Positions 1-7,762 of a stretch of 32,000 nucleotides of DNA are shown here, piece after piece (positions within the stretch are counted from its first letter, which is position 1; each line of letters starts with the position of its first letter). A program made the translations under genes and the position numbers. The DNA is from Cupriavidus necator (lineage in GTDB: Bacteria > Pseudomonadota > Gammaproteobacteria > Burkholderiales > Burkholderiaceae): assembly GCF_016127575.1 (NCBI RefSeq), contig NZ_CP066018.1, positions 390,001 to 422,000 of the forward strand, written 5' to 3'. The notes below the pieces were generated by a model that searched no databases, was not told the origin of the DNA, and saw only the letters and a list, made by a program, of their open reading frames with translations.

Positions 1-1
1 G

Positions 2-202
2 GCACGTGCCCACGCCGAGCGGTTCTCGTGGCGCGCCGCCTCCGAGCAGTTCCTGGCCCATCTTCGGCCGTTCGCTGCCGGCAAGCCAGGCCGCGACAGC
101 GCAGCGGCCCAACCCGCCCCGCAAAACCATGCCCAAACCCCATCCGGAACTGCCGTCCGACCCGCCTCTGCAGAGGCCGCCGCAGGCAGTCCAGAGCGCT
201 GA
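2..202 (+). CDS. 3' end of a gene entering from the left edge; C-terminal tail resembles family-1/4 glycosyltransferases (partial)
   Basis: Frame 2 is open from the window edge to TGA at 200-202. It reads ..AHAERFSWRAASEQFLAHL.., a motif typical of GT1/GT4 C-termini. It is absent from the ORF track because it has no in-window start. The tail after AHL is low complexity and overlaps the dgkA ATG at 129. Confidence 0.3.
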   Translation, partial: ARAHAERFSWRAASEQFLAHLRPFAAGKPGRDSAAAQPAPQNHAQTPSGTAVRPASAEAAAGSPER

Positions 203-614
203 CTATTCGATCGAGCAGAACCCCCACAAGGCCAACCGCGGCCTGACGCGCGCCTGGCATGCGGCCATCAATTCGCTGTCGGGGCTGCGCTATGCGGTGC
301 TCGAGGAAAGCGCGTTCCGCCAGGAGCTGACGCTGGTGGCAATCCTGGCGCCGTGGGCATTCCTGCTGCCGGTGGACGTGGTCGAGCGCATCCTGCTGCT
401 GGGCACGCTGCTGGTGGTGCTGATCGTCGAGTTGCTCAATTCCAGCGTCGAGGCGGCAATCGACCGCATTTCGCTGGAGCGGCACAGCCTGTCCAAGCGT
501 GCCAAGGATTTCGGCAGCGCCGCGGTAATGCTGGCGCTGGTGCTGTGCGGCGGCACCTGGGTCGCCATCGCCGGGCCGCACGTGGTGCGCTGGGTGCGGA
601 CGCTGGCGGGCTGA
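129..614 (+). CDS. dgkA: diacylglycerol kinase (prokaryotic DgkA family) with a Pro-rich N-terminal extension
   Basis: ANRGLTRAWHAAINSLSGLRYAVLEESAFRQE ... VELLNSSVEAAIDRISLERHSLSKRAKDFGSAAV aligns with the E. coli DgkA core (IVEILNSAIEAVVDRI, AKDMGSAAV). ATG 129 is the only canonical start upstream of the conserved core. The track ORF 6..614 starts at an edge GTG. Confidence 0.85.
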   Translation: MPKPHPELPSDPPLQRPPQAVQSADYSIEQNPHKANRGLTRAWHAAINSLSGLRYAVLEESAFRQELTLVAILAPWAFLLPVDVVERILLLGTLLVVLIVELLNSSVEAAIDRISLERHSLSKRAKDFGSAAVMLALVLCGGTWVAIAGPHVVRWVRTLAG

Positions 615-715
615 TCCGTCACTCGCCGGGGATGCCGGATGGGGTGGCCGGGCCGATTGCTTATAATCGCTACCCTGCCCCCGACTTACTGATCGCACCG
701 ATCGCCCGGACGCCC

Positions 716-1417
716 ATGGAACCGAAACCGCAAACCGGCCCCCGCCGCACCAGGGACCGCATCCTCGACGTCTCGCTGCGCCTGTTCAACGAAGTCGGCG
801 AACCCAACGTCACCACCACGACGATTGCGGAAGCCATGGAGATCAGCCCCGGCAATCTCTACTACCACTTCCGCAACAAGGACGACATCATCAACTCCAT
901 CTTCGTGCGCTTCGAGCAGGAGATGGAGCGGCGCCTGAAGATGCCGGACGACCACAAGGCCACGCTGGACGAAAGCTGGGGCTACCTGCAGTACATGTCC
1001 GAGTTCCTGTGGAACTACCGCTTCCTGTACCGCGACATCAACGACCTGCTGGCGCGCAACCGGATGCTGGAGACCAACTTCAAGCGCATCGTCGAGCAGA
1101 AGAAGCGCTTTGCGCACGAGATCTGCCGCCAGTTCATCGACGACGGCGAGATGGAAGCCACGCCCGAGCAGGTCGAGGCCATCTGCACCAACATGGTGGT
1201 GATCGCCACCTACTGGCTGTCGTTCCAGTTCGTGCAGCATCCGCGCCAGTACAACGACCCCGAGCAGATTCGCGGCTACCTGCACGGATCGAGCTACCAC
1301 ATCTTCTCGATCCTGGCGCCCTACCTGCGCGGCCGGGCCCGGGACGCATTCGACCAGCTGGCGCGCGACTACGCGGCAGCCAAGGCCGCAGCCGACGCGG
1401 CAAAGGAAGCAAAGTGA
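716..1417 (+). CDS. TetR/AcrR family transcriptional regulator
   Basis: N-terminal TetR HTH: RILDVSLRLFNEVGEPNVTTTTIAEAMEISPGNLYYHFRNKDDII. ATG at 716 is the first Met before the HTH. The 121 codons upstream in the track ORF 353..1417 are Arg/Gly/Ala-rich read-through over the dgkA 3' end. Confidence 0.9.
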   Translation: MEPKPQTGPRRTRDRILDVSLRLFNEVGEPNVTTTTIAEAMEISPGNLYYHFRNKDDIINSIFVRFEQEMERRLKMPDDHKATLDESWGYLQYMSEFLWNYRFLYRDINDLLARNRMLETNFKRIVEQKKRFAHEICRQFIDDGEMEATPEQVEAICTNMVVIATYWLSFQFVQHPRQYNDPEQIRGYLHGSSYHIFSILAPYLRGRARDAFDQLARDYAAAKAAADAAKEAK

Positions 1418-2007
1418 AATCGGTCTGCGTGTATTGCGGCTCCAGCCCCGGCAACCGTCCCGAATACGCCGAAGGCGCGCGCCTGCTAGGCCGCACGCTG
1501 GCCGAAAGCGGCCTGGCGCTGGTGTACGGCGGCGGCAAGGTGGGCCTGATGGGCATCGTCGCCGACGCCGTGATGGAACATGGCGGCAGCGCCATCGGCA
1601 TCATCCCCGACGCGCTGATGCAGAAGGAAGTGGGCCACCGCGGCCTGACCGAGCTGCACGTGGTGCGCAACATGCACGAGCGCAAGCAGATGATGGCGGA
1701 CCGTGCCGACGCCTTTATCGCCATGCCGGGCGGCGTGGGCACCTTCGAAGAGCTGTTCGAGACCTTCACCTGGCTGCAGCTGGGCTACCACGACAAGCCG
1801 GTGGGCCTGCTGAATGTCAACGGGTTCTACGACGGCCTGCTGGGTTTCCTTGCGCACGCAGTGCGGGAAGGCTTCATGAAGCAGGTGCATGCCGACCTGC
1901 TGCATGTGGCAGACACGCCCGCCGGCCTGCTGGGCCAGCTGGGCCAGCTGGCGGCCGCTCCGCGCGTGCGCGTCGACAAGTGGCAACAGGCGCGCGACAA
2001 GACCTGA
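1414..2007 (+). CDS. LOG family protein (TIGR00730; nucleotide 5'-monophosphate phosphoribohydrolase/nucleosidase)
   Basis: VCVYCGSSPG ... GLALVYGGGKVGLMG ... MHERKQMM ... AFIAMPGGVGTFEELFE carries the LOG signature PGGxGTxxE. The GTG start at 1414 overlaps the TetR stop (GTGA). An AAGGAAG Shine-Dalgarno lies 4 nt upstream. Confidence 0.85.
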   Translation: MKSVCVYCGSSPGNRPEYAEGARLLGRTLAESGLALVYGGGKVGLMGIVADAVMEHGGSAIGIIPDALMQKEVGHRGLTELHVVRNMHERKQMMADRADAFIAMPGGVGTFEELFETFTWLQLGYHDKPVGLLNVNGFYDGLLGFLAHAVREGFMKQVHADLLHVADTPAGLLGQLGQLAAAPRVRVDKWQQARDKT

Positions 2008-2031
2008 GCGCGCCCCTGCTGCCGGCCCGGT

Positions 2032-2628
2032 TCAGAACGACGAGCCCGGCTGCCGCAGGAACGCCAGTTCCTGCTCTGTGCTCTGCCTGCCCAGCACCGC
2101 ATTGCGGTGCGGGAAGCGGCCGAAGCGCGCGATGATCGCGCGGTGCTTTTCGGCCCACTCCACCACATCCACCACGCCGCCGCTGGCCTCGCGCAGCTGC
2201 GTCATCAGACGCACTGCCTCGTCCTGGTCCTCCAGCGCCTCGGAATGCTCGAACGGCATGTAGCAGAACATGCGGTGGTAGTCCGTCGGCAGCTTGCGGT
2301 CCATGCCGGTGGCGACGATGCGCCTGGCCAGTGCCAGCGCCAGCGTATCGCTGCCGAAGCTGCGCGGATCGTTGCGGAACATGTTGCGCGGGAACTGGTC
2401 CAGCAGCACCACGCGCGCGCAGGCGCCTTCGGGCGTGACCGACCAGTCGTCCGGGGCCCCGTCGCAGGCGACCTGCCAGTCGGACAGGAAGTTGGTGCGG
2501 ATCTGCGCATCGAAGGCGTCCGACTTGGTGAACCATTGCGGGCGCTCGGTATTCCAGGCGGCAGAACCGGGCTGGCCGAACCAGAAATCGAGCAAACGCA
2601 CGGCGTCTTCAGGCAGTTGGTCTGTCAT
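2032..2628 (-). CDS. DUF924 family protein
   Basis: MTDQLPEDAVRLLDFWFG ... WFTKSDAFDAQIR ... ARVVLLDQFPRNMFR ... RMFCYMPFEHSE ... HRAIIARFGRFPHRNAVLGRQSTEQE is the characteristic DUF924 pattern. ATG at 2628. The longer track ORF to 2895 overlaps glbO. Confidence 0.85.
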   Translation of the reverse strand: MTDQLPEDAVRLLDFWFGQPGSAAWNTERPQWFTKSDAFDAQIRTNFLSDWQVACDGAPDDWSVTPEGACARVVLLDQFPRNMFRNDPRSFGSDTLALALARRIVATGMDRKLPTDYHRMFCYMPFEHSEALEDQDEAVRLMTQLREASGGVVDVVEWAEKHRAIIARFGRFPHRNAVLGRQSTEQELAFLRQPGSSF

Positions 2629-2672
2629 GAACTTGCGAAACCTTTCGGTTGAAAGAAGGGAGCGGCGGCGCC

Positions 2673-3089
2673 TCAGCGCGCCACGTTGCGCATCCAGTCG
2701 GCGGTCTGGAAGAACGCCTGCATCAGGCGCAGCTGCAGGTCTTCGGACAGGCCGATGTCCTGCATTGCCAGCGCCATGCAGCGCATCCACTGGTCGCGCT
2801 CGCTCACGCCGATCTCGAACGGCATATGGCGCGCGCGCAGGCGCGGGTGGCCGAAGCGCTCGATAAAGTGGTTGGGACCGCCCAGCCAGCCGCACAGGAA
2901 CCAGAACAGCTTGTCGCGCGAGCCCTCCAGCGAGGGCGGGTGCAGCGCGCGCAGCCCGGCGAACTGGGTCTCCAGGTCCATCAGGTCGTAGAAGCGGTCG
3001 ACCAGCTCGCGCACGCGCGCTTCGCCGCCCACCAGCTCAAATGCAGTCACCTCGGCCGTGCCGGGCTTGTCGTTGGATTCAGTACTCAT
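2673..3089 (-). CDS. glbO: group II truncated haemoglobin (GlbO/YjbI type)
   Basis: FELVGGEARVRELVDRFYDLMD ... LRALHP ... KLFWFLCGWLGGPNHFIERFGHPRLRARHMPFEIGVSERDQWMRCM matches 2-on-2 haemoglobin group II. ATG 3089 is preferred over the GTG at 3113, which abuts the upstream stop. Confidence 0.85.
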   Translation of the reverse strand: MSTESNDKPGTAEVTAFELVGGEARVRELVDRFYDLMDLETQFAGLRALHPPSLEGSRDKLFWFLCGWLGGPNHFIERFGHPRLRARHMPFEIGVSERDQWMRCMALAMQDIGLSEDLQLRLMQAFFQTADWMRNVAR

Positions 3090-3113
3090 CACACACTCAA
3101 ACAGCGCAGCCAC

Positions 3114-5720
3114 TCAGGCATCACGCAAGGTCGCCAGCGCGGGCTGGCGCAGCACTTCGCGCAGGCCCAGCCAGCCGCCGGCAAAAGCGCACAGCATGCC
3201 AGAAACCACGCCCACCGGCACGATCCAGGCATTGAAGCGGTACGGGAAATCGAAGACGAACTGCGACAGGCCCCAGCCCACCGCGATCGCGCCCAGGCTG
3301 GCCAGGAATCCGGCCAGGCCGCCCACCACCAGGAACTCGGCGTACTGGGTCTGGCGCACCAGCGCGGCCGAGGCGCCCAGCGCCTTGAGCAGGCCCGCGT
3401 CGCGCATGCGCTCGTCACGCGCGCCGGACAGCGCCGCGTACAGCACGGTCACGCCGGCGGCCAGCGTGAACACGAAGAGGAACTCCACCGCCGCGATCAC
3501 CTGGTCCAGGATGTCCTGGATCTGGCGCAGGATCAGGTCGGTATTGACCACGGTGATGTTGGGGAAGGCCGCGATCAGCCGGTTGCCCAGCGCCGTGCTG
3601 GCGGGCGGCAGGTGGAACGACGTGATGTAGGTCTCGGGCAGCCCCTGCATCGCCTGCGGCGGCAGGATCACGAAGAAATTGACCCGCATCGAGCCCCAGT
3701 CCAGCTTGCGCAGCGAGGTCACGCGGGCCTGCACCGCCTGGCCGGCCACGTCAAAACGCAGCGTGTCGCCAAGCCGGATGCCCAGCGTCTTGGCGATGCC
3801 CTCTTCCACCGAGGCGCCGGCGTCCGGGCCGTTGGACCAGCGCCCGGCAATCACGCGGTTGCCCTCGGGCAGCGCATCGGTATAGGACAGGTTGAATTCG
3901 CGCTCGACCAGGTTGCGCGCGCGCCCGTCCTCGAAGCTGTCGCCGCGGATGGCGCGCTCGCCGATATGGGTCAGGCGCCCGCGCACCATCGGGTAGAGCA
4001 GGTCGTTGATGCCGGCGCCGGCCAGCATCTGGCGCAACGGTTCGCGCTGGTCCGGCTGGATATTGATGATGAAGCGGTTGGGCGCGTCGGCCGGCGTGGC
4101 CTGGCGCCACGAATCGACCAGGTCGTTGCGGGTCATGCCGAGCAGCAGCAGCGCCATCAGCCCCACCGCCAGCGCCACGGTCTGCAGCACCGTGACCGCG
4201 CGGCGGCGTTCCAGCACTGCCAGCGCAAAGCGCCAGCCCATCGCCGCGCGCCCGCGCAGGCGCCCGCGCAGCAGGCGCGACAGCAGCGTCAGCAGCCCCA
4301 GCGCCAGCACCGCGAAGACCACGCCCGCGGCGACAAAGCCGCCCGCGGTGGTCAGCCCCAGCCGCAGGTCGCGCGCCGCCACCAGCAGCAGCGCGACAAA
4401 GGCGCCCAGGCCCAGTGCATAGGCCACCCAGGCCGACACCGGCGGCAACCCGATATCGCGGCGCAGCACCCGCAGCGGCGCCACCCGTGCCAGCGCCAGC
4501 AGCGGCGGCAGCGCGAACCCGGCCAGCAGCACCAGCCCCGCCAGCACGCCCACCAGTGCCGGCAGCAGCGACGGCTGCGGCAGCGACACCCGCAGCAGCC
4601 CGCCCAGCGACAGCAGCAGGCCATAGTGCGCCAGGTACCCGAGCAGCACCCCGGCGAGCGCGCCCGCGGCCCCCACCAGCAGGAACTCCAGGCCGAAGGC
4701 GCGCAGGATCTGCCCGCGCGACAGCCCCAGGCACTTGTAGACCGCGCAGGCATCGGTGTGGCGCTGCATATAGCGGCGCGCCGACATGGCGATGGCCACC
4801 GCCGCGATCATCGACGACAGCACCGCCACCAGCGACAGGAAGCGCTCGGCGCGGTCCAGCGTGGCACGCATCTGCGGCTGGCCCGACTCCAGCGACTCGA
4901 CCCGGGTATTGCGCAGCTTGCGGCGTCCGATCTCGTCCTGCGCCCATTTCTGGAAGGCAGCGCCGGCGGCGTCGGGGCCGGCCACCAGCAGCCGGTAGGT
5001 CACGCGGCTGCCCCAGCCGATCAGCCCGGTGCTGTCCAGGTCCGACAGCGGCATCAGCACGCGCGGCGCGAAGTTCATGAAGCCGGTGCCGCGATCAAGC
5101 TCCTGCGTGATGATGCGGTCGATGCGGAAGCTGCGGCTGCCCAGTTGCAGGGTGTCGCCCACGGCAACCCCCAGGGCGCCCAGCAGCGCCTCGTCGACCC
5201 ATACCGTGCCCGGCGCGGGAATGCCTTCGGCGGGCGCATCCGGCGCCCCCGCCGCACTGGCCACCTTGAGCTTGCCCCGCAGCGGATAGCCGTCGGTCAC
5301 CGCCTTGAGCGCGGCCAGCTGGCTGGGCGCGTCGCCGCCGGCCGGCGCCTTGCCGTTGGCAGTCGCCATGCTCGGGAAGGTGACGGTCTGGGCCACGGCC
5401 AGCCCCGCCGCTTGCGCACGCTGCGCGAAGGCGGCATCGAAAGGCTGGTCAGCCACCAGCAGTACGTCGGACGCGATCATCTGGCGCGCGTCGCGCTCCA
5501 GGCCCAGCCGCATGCGGTCGGCCATGAAGCCCACGCTGGTCAGCGCGGCCACGGCCAGCACCAGCGCAAACAGCAGCAGGTAGAGCTCGCCGGCAATCCA
5601 GTCGCGCCGCGCCATGCGCAGCGCCTGGCGCCAGGCGGAGAAGCGACCGCCATGCGCGGGGCGCGTGCCGGCGGGGTTGGCGGCCGTGGCCGGGGCTTCG
5701 ATGGCGGACTCGGGAGGCAT
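3114..5720 (-). CDS. ABC transporter permease with two FtsX domains (YbbP-like, MacB/LolCDE/FtsX superfamily)
   Basis: 868 aa. The N-terminus RRDWIAGELYLLLFALVLAVAALTSVGF is followed by a large periplasmic domain, a TM bundle, a second periplasmic domain and a C-terminal TM bundle, which is the YbbP architecture. High third-position GC supports this frame. The exact start is uncertain. Confidence 0.85.
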   Translation of the reverse strand: MPPESAIEAPATAANPAGTRPAHGGRFSAWRQALRMARRDWIAGELYLLLFALVLAVAALTSVGFMADRMRLGLERDARQMIASDVLLVADQPFDAAFAQRAQAAGLAVAQTVTFPSMATANGKAPAGGDAPSQLAALKAVTDGYPLRGKLKVASAAGAPDAPAEGIPAPGTVWVDEALLGALGVAVGDTLQLGSRSFRIDRIITQELDRGTGFMNFAPRVLMPLSDLDSTGLIGWGSRVTYRLLVAGPDAAGAAFQKWAQDEIGRRKLRNTRVESLESGQPQMRATLDRAERFLSLVAVLSSMIAAVAIAMSARRYMQRHTDACAVYKCLGLSRGQILRAFGLEFLLVGAAGALAGVLLGYLAHYGLLLSLGGLLRVSLPQPSLLPALVGVLAGLVLLAGFALPPLLALARVAPLRVLRRDIGLPPVSAWVAYALGLGAFVALLLVAARDLRLGLTTAGGFVAAGVVFAVLALGLLTLLSRLLRGRLRGRAAMGWRFALAVLERRRAVTVLQTVALAVGLMALLLLGMTRNDLVDSWRQATPADAPNRFIINIQPDQREPLRQMLAGAGINDLLYPMVRGRLTHIGERAIRGDSFEDGRARNLVEREFNLSYTDALPEGNRVIAGRWSNGPDAGASVEEGIAKTLGIRLGDTLRFDVAGQAVQARVTSLRKLDWGSMRVNFFVILPPQAMQGLPETYITSFHLPPASTALGNRLIAAFPNITVVNTDLILRQIQDILDQVIAAVEFLFVFTLAAGVTVLYAALSGARDERMRDAGLLKALGASAALVRQTQYAEFLVVGGLAGFLASLGAIAVGWGLSQFVFDFPYRFNAWIVPVGVVSGMLCAFAGGWLGLREVLRQPALATLRDA

Positions 5721-5795
5721 CGGTTGCTTTGGTTCTTGGTTTCTGGCGGCGGCGCGCCTCGGGTCAGTCGAAAAAAAACGGGAATGGCCGGGAAG

Positions 5796-6398
5796 CTAGC
5801 GCGGTGTGCCAGGCCGCTCGGTCCTGCCGCGCAGGCTCGCATGCAGCCGGCGCACGCCGCGCCACAATTTCGGCAGCAGCCACACCGACACCAGCAGGAA
5901 GACCACCAGCAAGATCAGGAACACCACCGGCAGGAAGAACGCCAGCAGCAGGCTGCCGGTCGCGGTCAGGTCTTCAGTGAATGAGGCCGTCCAATTGGAG
6001 AACGGTTCCGGCGACACATTGATCAGCGCGCGCGTGCCCGCCTTGACCGCATGCGCGGTGCCGGCCAGCGTGCCGCCGATCAGCCCTGCCGCCACCATCC
6101 ACTGCGGATCCAGCTGGCCGAAGGCGGCGGCGGCCAGGATCGCGCCGGCGGGAATGCGGATAAAGGTATGGATGCCATCCCAGACGGTATCGAACGCGGG
6201 CACCTTGTCGGCGACGAATTCGGCCACGGCCAGCACGGCGGCCACGCCGATGACCCACCAGGATTCCAGCGGCTGCAGCCCGGGCGGCAGGTCCAGCCAG
6301 CCCAGGCGCGCCAGCACGCCGGCGGCCAGCACCGCAAGGTAGAGGCGAAAGCCGCTGGCCCAGGACATGCCCGCGGCCAGCGCGGCGGTTTCCAGCAT
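5796..6398 (-). CDS. DUF4126 family integral membrane protein
   Basis: Hydrophobic protein with EFVADKVPAFDTVWDGIHTFIRIPAGA, typical of DUF4126. ATG 6398 is preceded by AAGGAG 5 nt upstream. The track ORF starts 9 codons earlier. Confidence 0.8.
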   Translation of the reverse strand: MLETAALAAGMSWASGFRLYLAVLAAGVLARLGWLDLPPGLQPLESWWVIGVAAVLAVAEFVADKVPAFDTVWDGIHTFIRIPAGAILAAAAFGQLDPQWMVAAGLIGGTLAGTAHAVKAGTRALINVSPEPFSNWTASFTEDLTATGSLLLAFFLPVVFLILLVVFLLVSVWLLPKLWRGVRRLHASLRGRTERPGTPR

Positions 6399-6520
6399 GG
6401 CGCTCCTTGCAAGGGTCTGGCGCAAGCCGATGCAAAACCGCGGTGCGCCTGGCAGGGAGTGTAATACGGACCGGGCCGCGCAGCCGCGCGCCCGTCGGCG
6501 TCATGCCGCCCGGCTCGCCC

Positions 6521-7618
6521 TCAGGCGTCCTCCTTGCCGCCCGGCCCGAACCACGGCAACGCCTCCTGCGGGGTCAGGATGCCGGCCGGCTCGGCCATGG
6601 TGTAGCCGGGCAGCGTTTCGATGCGCCGGGCAAAGGCCGGGTCGGCCAGCAGCGCCAGCAGTGCTGCCATCCAGCCGGCGGTCTGGTCGTTCTTGCGCAG
6701 CGCCAGGTAGTAGGCCTCGCGCGTCAACGGCACAAAGGCCAGCCCATGGGCCTCGGCATTCATGCGCAGCCCGAAGCCCACCTGCGCGCGGCCGCCGTGC
6801 ACGGCCTCGGCCACCTTCTCGTTGCTGAACTCGGTCTCGTCGTAGCCGGCGATCTGGTCGGGGTACAGGCCCTGCGCGGCCAGCAGCTGGTCGAACAGCA
6901 TGCGCGTGCCCGAACTGCGCTGCCGGTTGACGAAGCGCGCCTGGGTGCGCGCCAGGTCGCGCAGGTCATGCACCTCGCGCGCCACCTCCGGCGCCAGGAT
7001 CAGGCCCTGCTCGCGCCAAGCCAGCCGCAGCAGCCGCACCGCGGCCGGCCGCAGCCACTTGCGCAGCGTCACATGCGCGACCGAGCCCGCGGTCTGCACC
7101 GGCGAGACATAGAAGCCGGCCAGTTCCGACTGCCGCTCCTGCAGGCAAATCAGCCCCTCCACGCTACCGCAAAACACCGTATCGAGCTGCAGCGAGGTTC
7201 CTGCCTCGCCCAGTGCGGCGGCCAGCACCTCCACCGCCGGGTCATGGCTGCCGGTGAAATGCACCTGCGACTGCGGCTGCTGGGCATCGTCCAGCTCGGC
7301 AATGAAGTCCGCCATGGCCTTCTGCACCACCGGGTCGACCGATTCGCGCAGGCGCAGCTCGGCGCGCAGCAGGCGTTCGCCGAAGCGGGTCAGCGAGGCA
7401 CCGCGGCCGCGCTCCATATCGAGCACGCTGCGCCCGAGCATTTCCTCCCAGGTCCGCATCACGCCCCAGGCATGGCGGTACGACAAGCCGATCTCGCGCG
7501 CGGCGCGGTGCAGCGACCCGGTTTCGCGCACGGCCTTGAGCAGCTGGAACACCTTGCCATTCGCGCGCGGATTGTCGTCTGGCGCGATCACCGGAAACAG
7601 GTCAAAGCGGAAGATCAT
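6521..7618 (-). CDS. ModE-like N-terminal HTH fused to a periplasmic-binding-protein-like (PBP) sensory domain; putative oxyanion-responsive regulator
   Basis: The N-terminus LLKAVRETGSLHRAAREIGLSYRHAWGVMRTWEEMLGRSVLDMERGRGASLTRFGERLL resembles the ModE DNA-binding domain. The ~250 aa C-terminus (VHFTGSHDP..LAGFYV..FVNRQRSSGTR..GFGL..) looks like a PBP-type domain. A GGAGG Shine-Dalgarno lies 5 nt upstream of ATG 7618. Confidence 0.8.
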   Translation of the reverse strand: MIFRFDLFPVIAPDDNPRANGKVFQLLKAVRETGSLHRAAREIGLSYRHAWGVMRTWEEMLGRSVLDMERGRGASLTRFGERLLRAELRLRESVDPVVQKAMADFIAELDDAQQPQSQVHFTGSHDPAVEVLAAALGEAGTSLQLDTVFCGSVEGLICLQERQSELAGFYVSPVQTAGSVAHVTLRKWLRPAAVRLLRLAWREQGLILAPEVAREVHDLRDLARTQARFVNRQRSSGTRMLFDQLLAAQGLYPDQIAGYDETEFSNEKVAEAVHGGRAQVGFGLRMNAEAHGLAFVPLTREAYYLALRKNDQTAGWMAALLALLADPAFARRIETLPGYTMAEPAGILTPQEALPWFGPGGKEDA

Positions 7619-7685
7619 ATGTCCTCCGCAGCATATTTACTTGTCGATCTCGGCTGGACCACAATGAATACCCCATTCTTATGTT

Positions 7686-7746
7686 CTTTTGCCGCATTCT
7701 CCATGAGATCGAAAGGCAAAAGCAATTATGTCTGGAAAAACATAAT
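7686..7746. promoter_or_regulatory. two inverted repeats in the divergent regulator/tupA-like promoter region (candidate operators)
   Basis: CTTTTGCC (7686-7693) pairs with GGCAAAAG (7715-7722) across a 21-nt spacer. ATTATG (7725-7730) pairs with CATAAT (7741-7746) across a 10-nt spacer. Both sit in the only AT-rich stretch between the two start codons. Confidence 0.35.
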
Positions 7747-7762
7747 ACAAAGGAGCCACCGC

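Noticed and set aside
5771-5778. A8 tract (T8 on the minus strand) between DUF4126 and the permease, considered as an intrinsic terminator
   Set aside because: The preceding minus-strand sequence contains a direct repeat (TTCCCG twice) but no complementary stem. It is therefore not a canonical terminator.
2649-5984. 1111-aa ORF on the + strand
   Set aside because: It lies entirely antisense to the YbbP-like permease, glbO and part of the DUF4126 gene. Its translation is Arg/Gln/His/Ala/Gly-rich low-complexity sequence with no recognisable domain. Stop-free antisense frames of this kind are expected in DNA of about two-thirds GC with strong GC3 codon bias.
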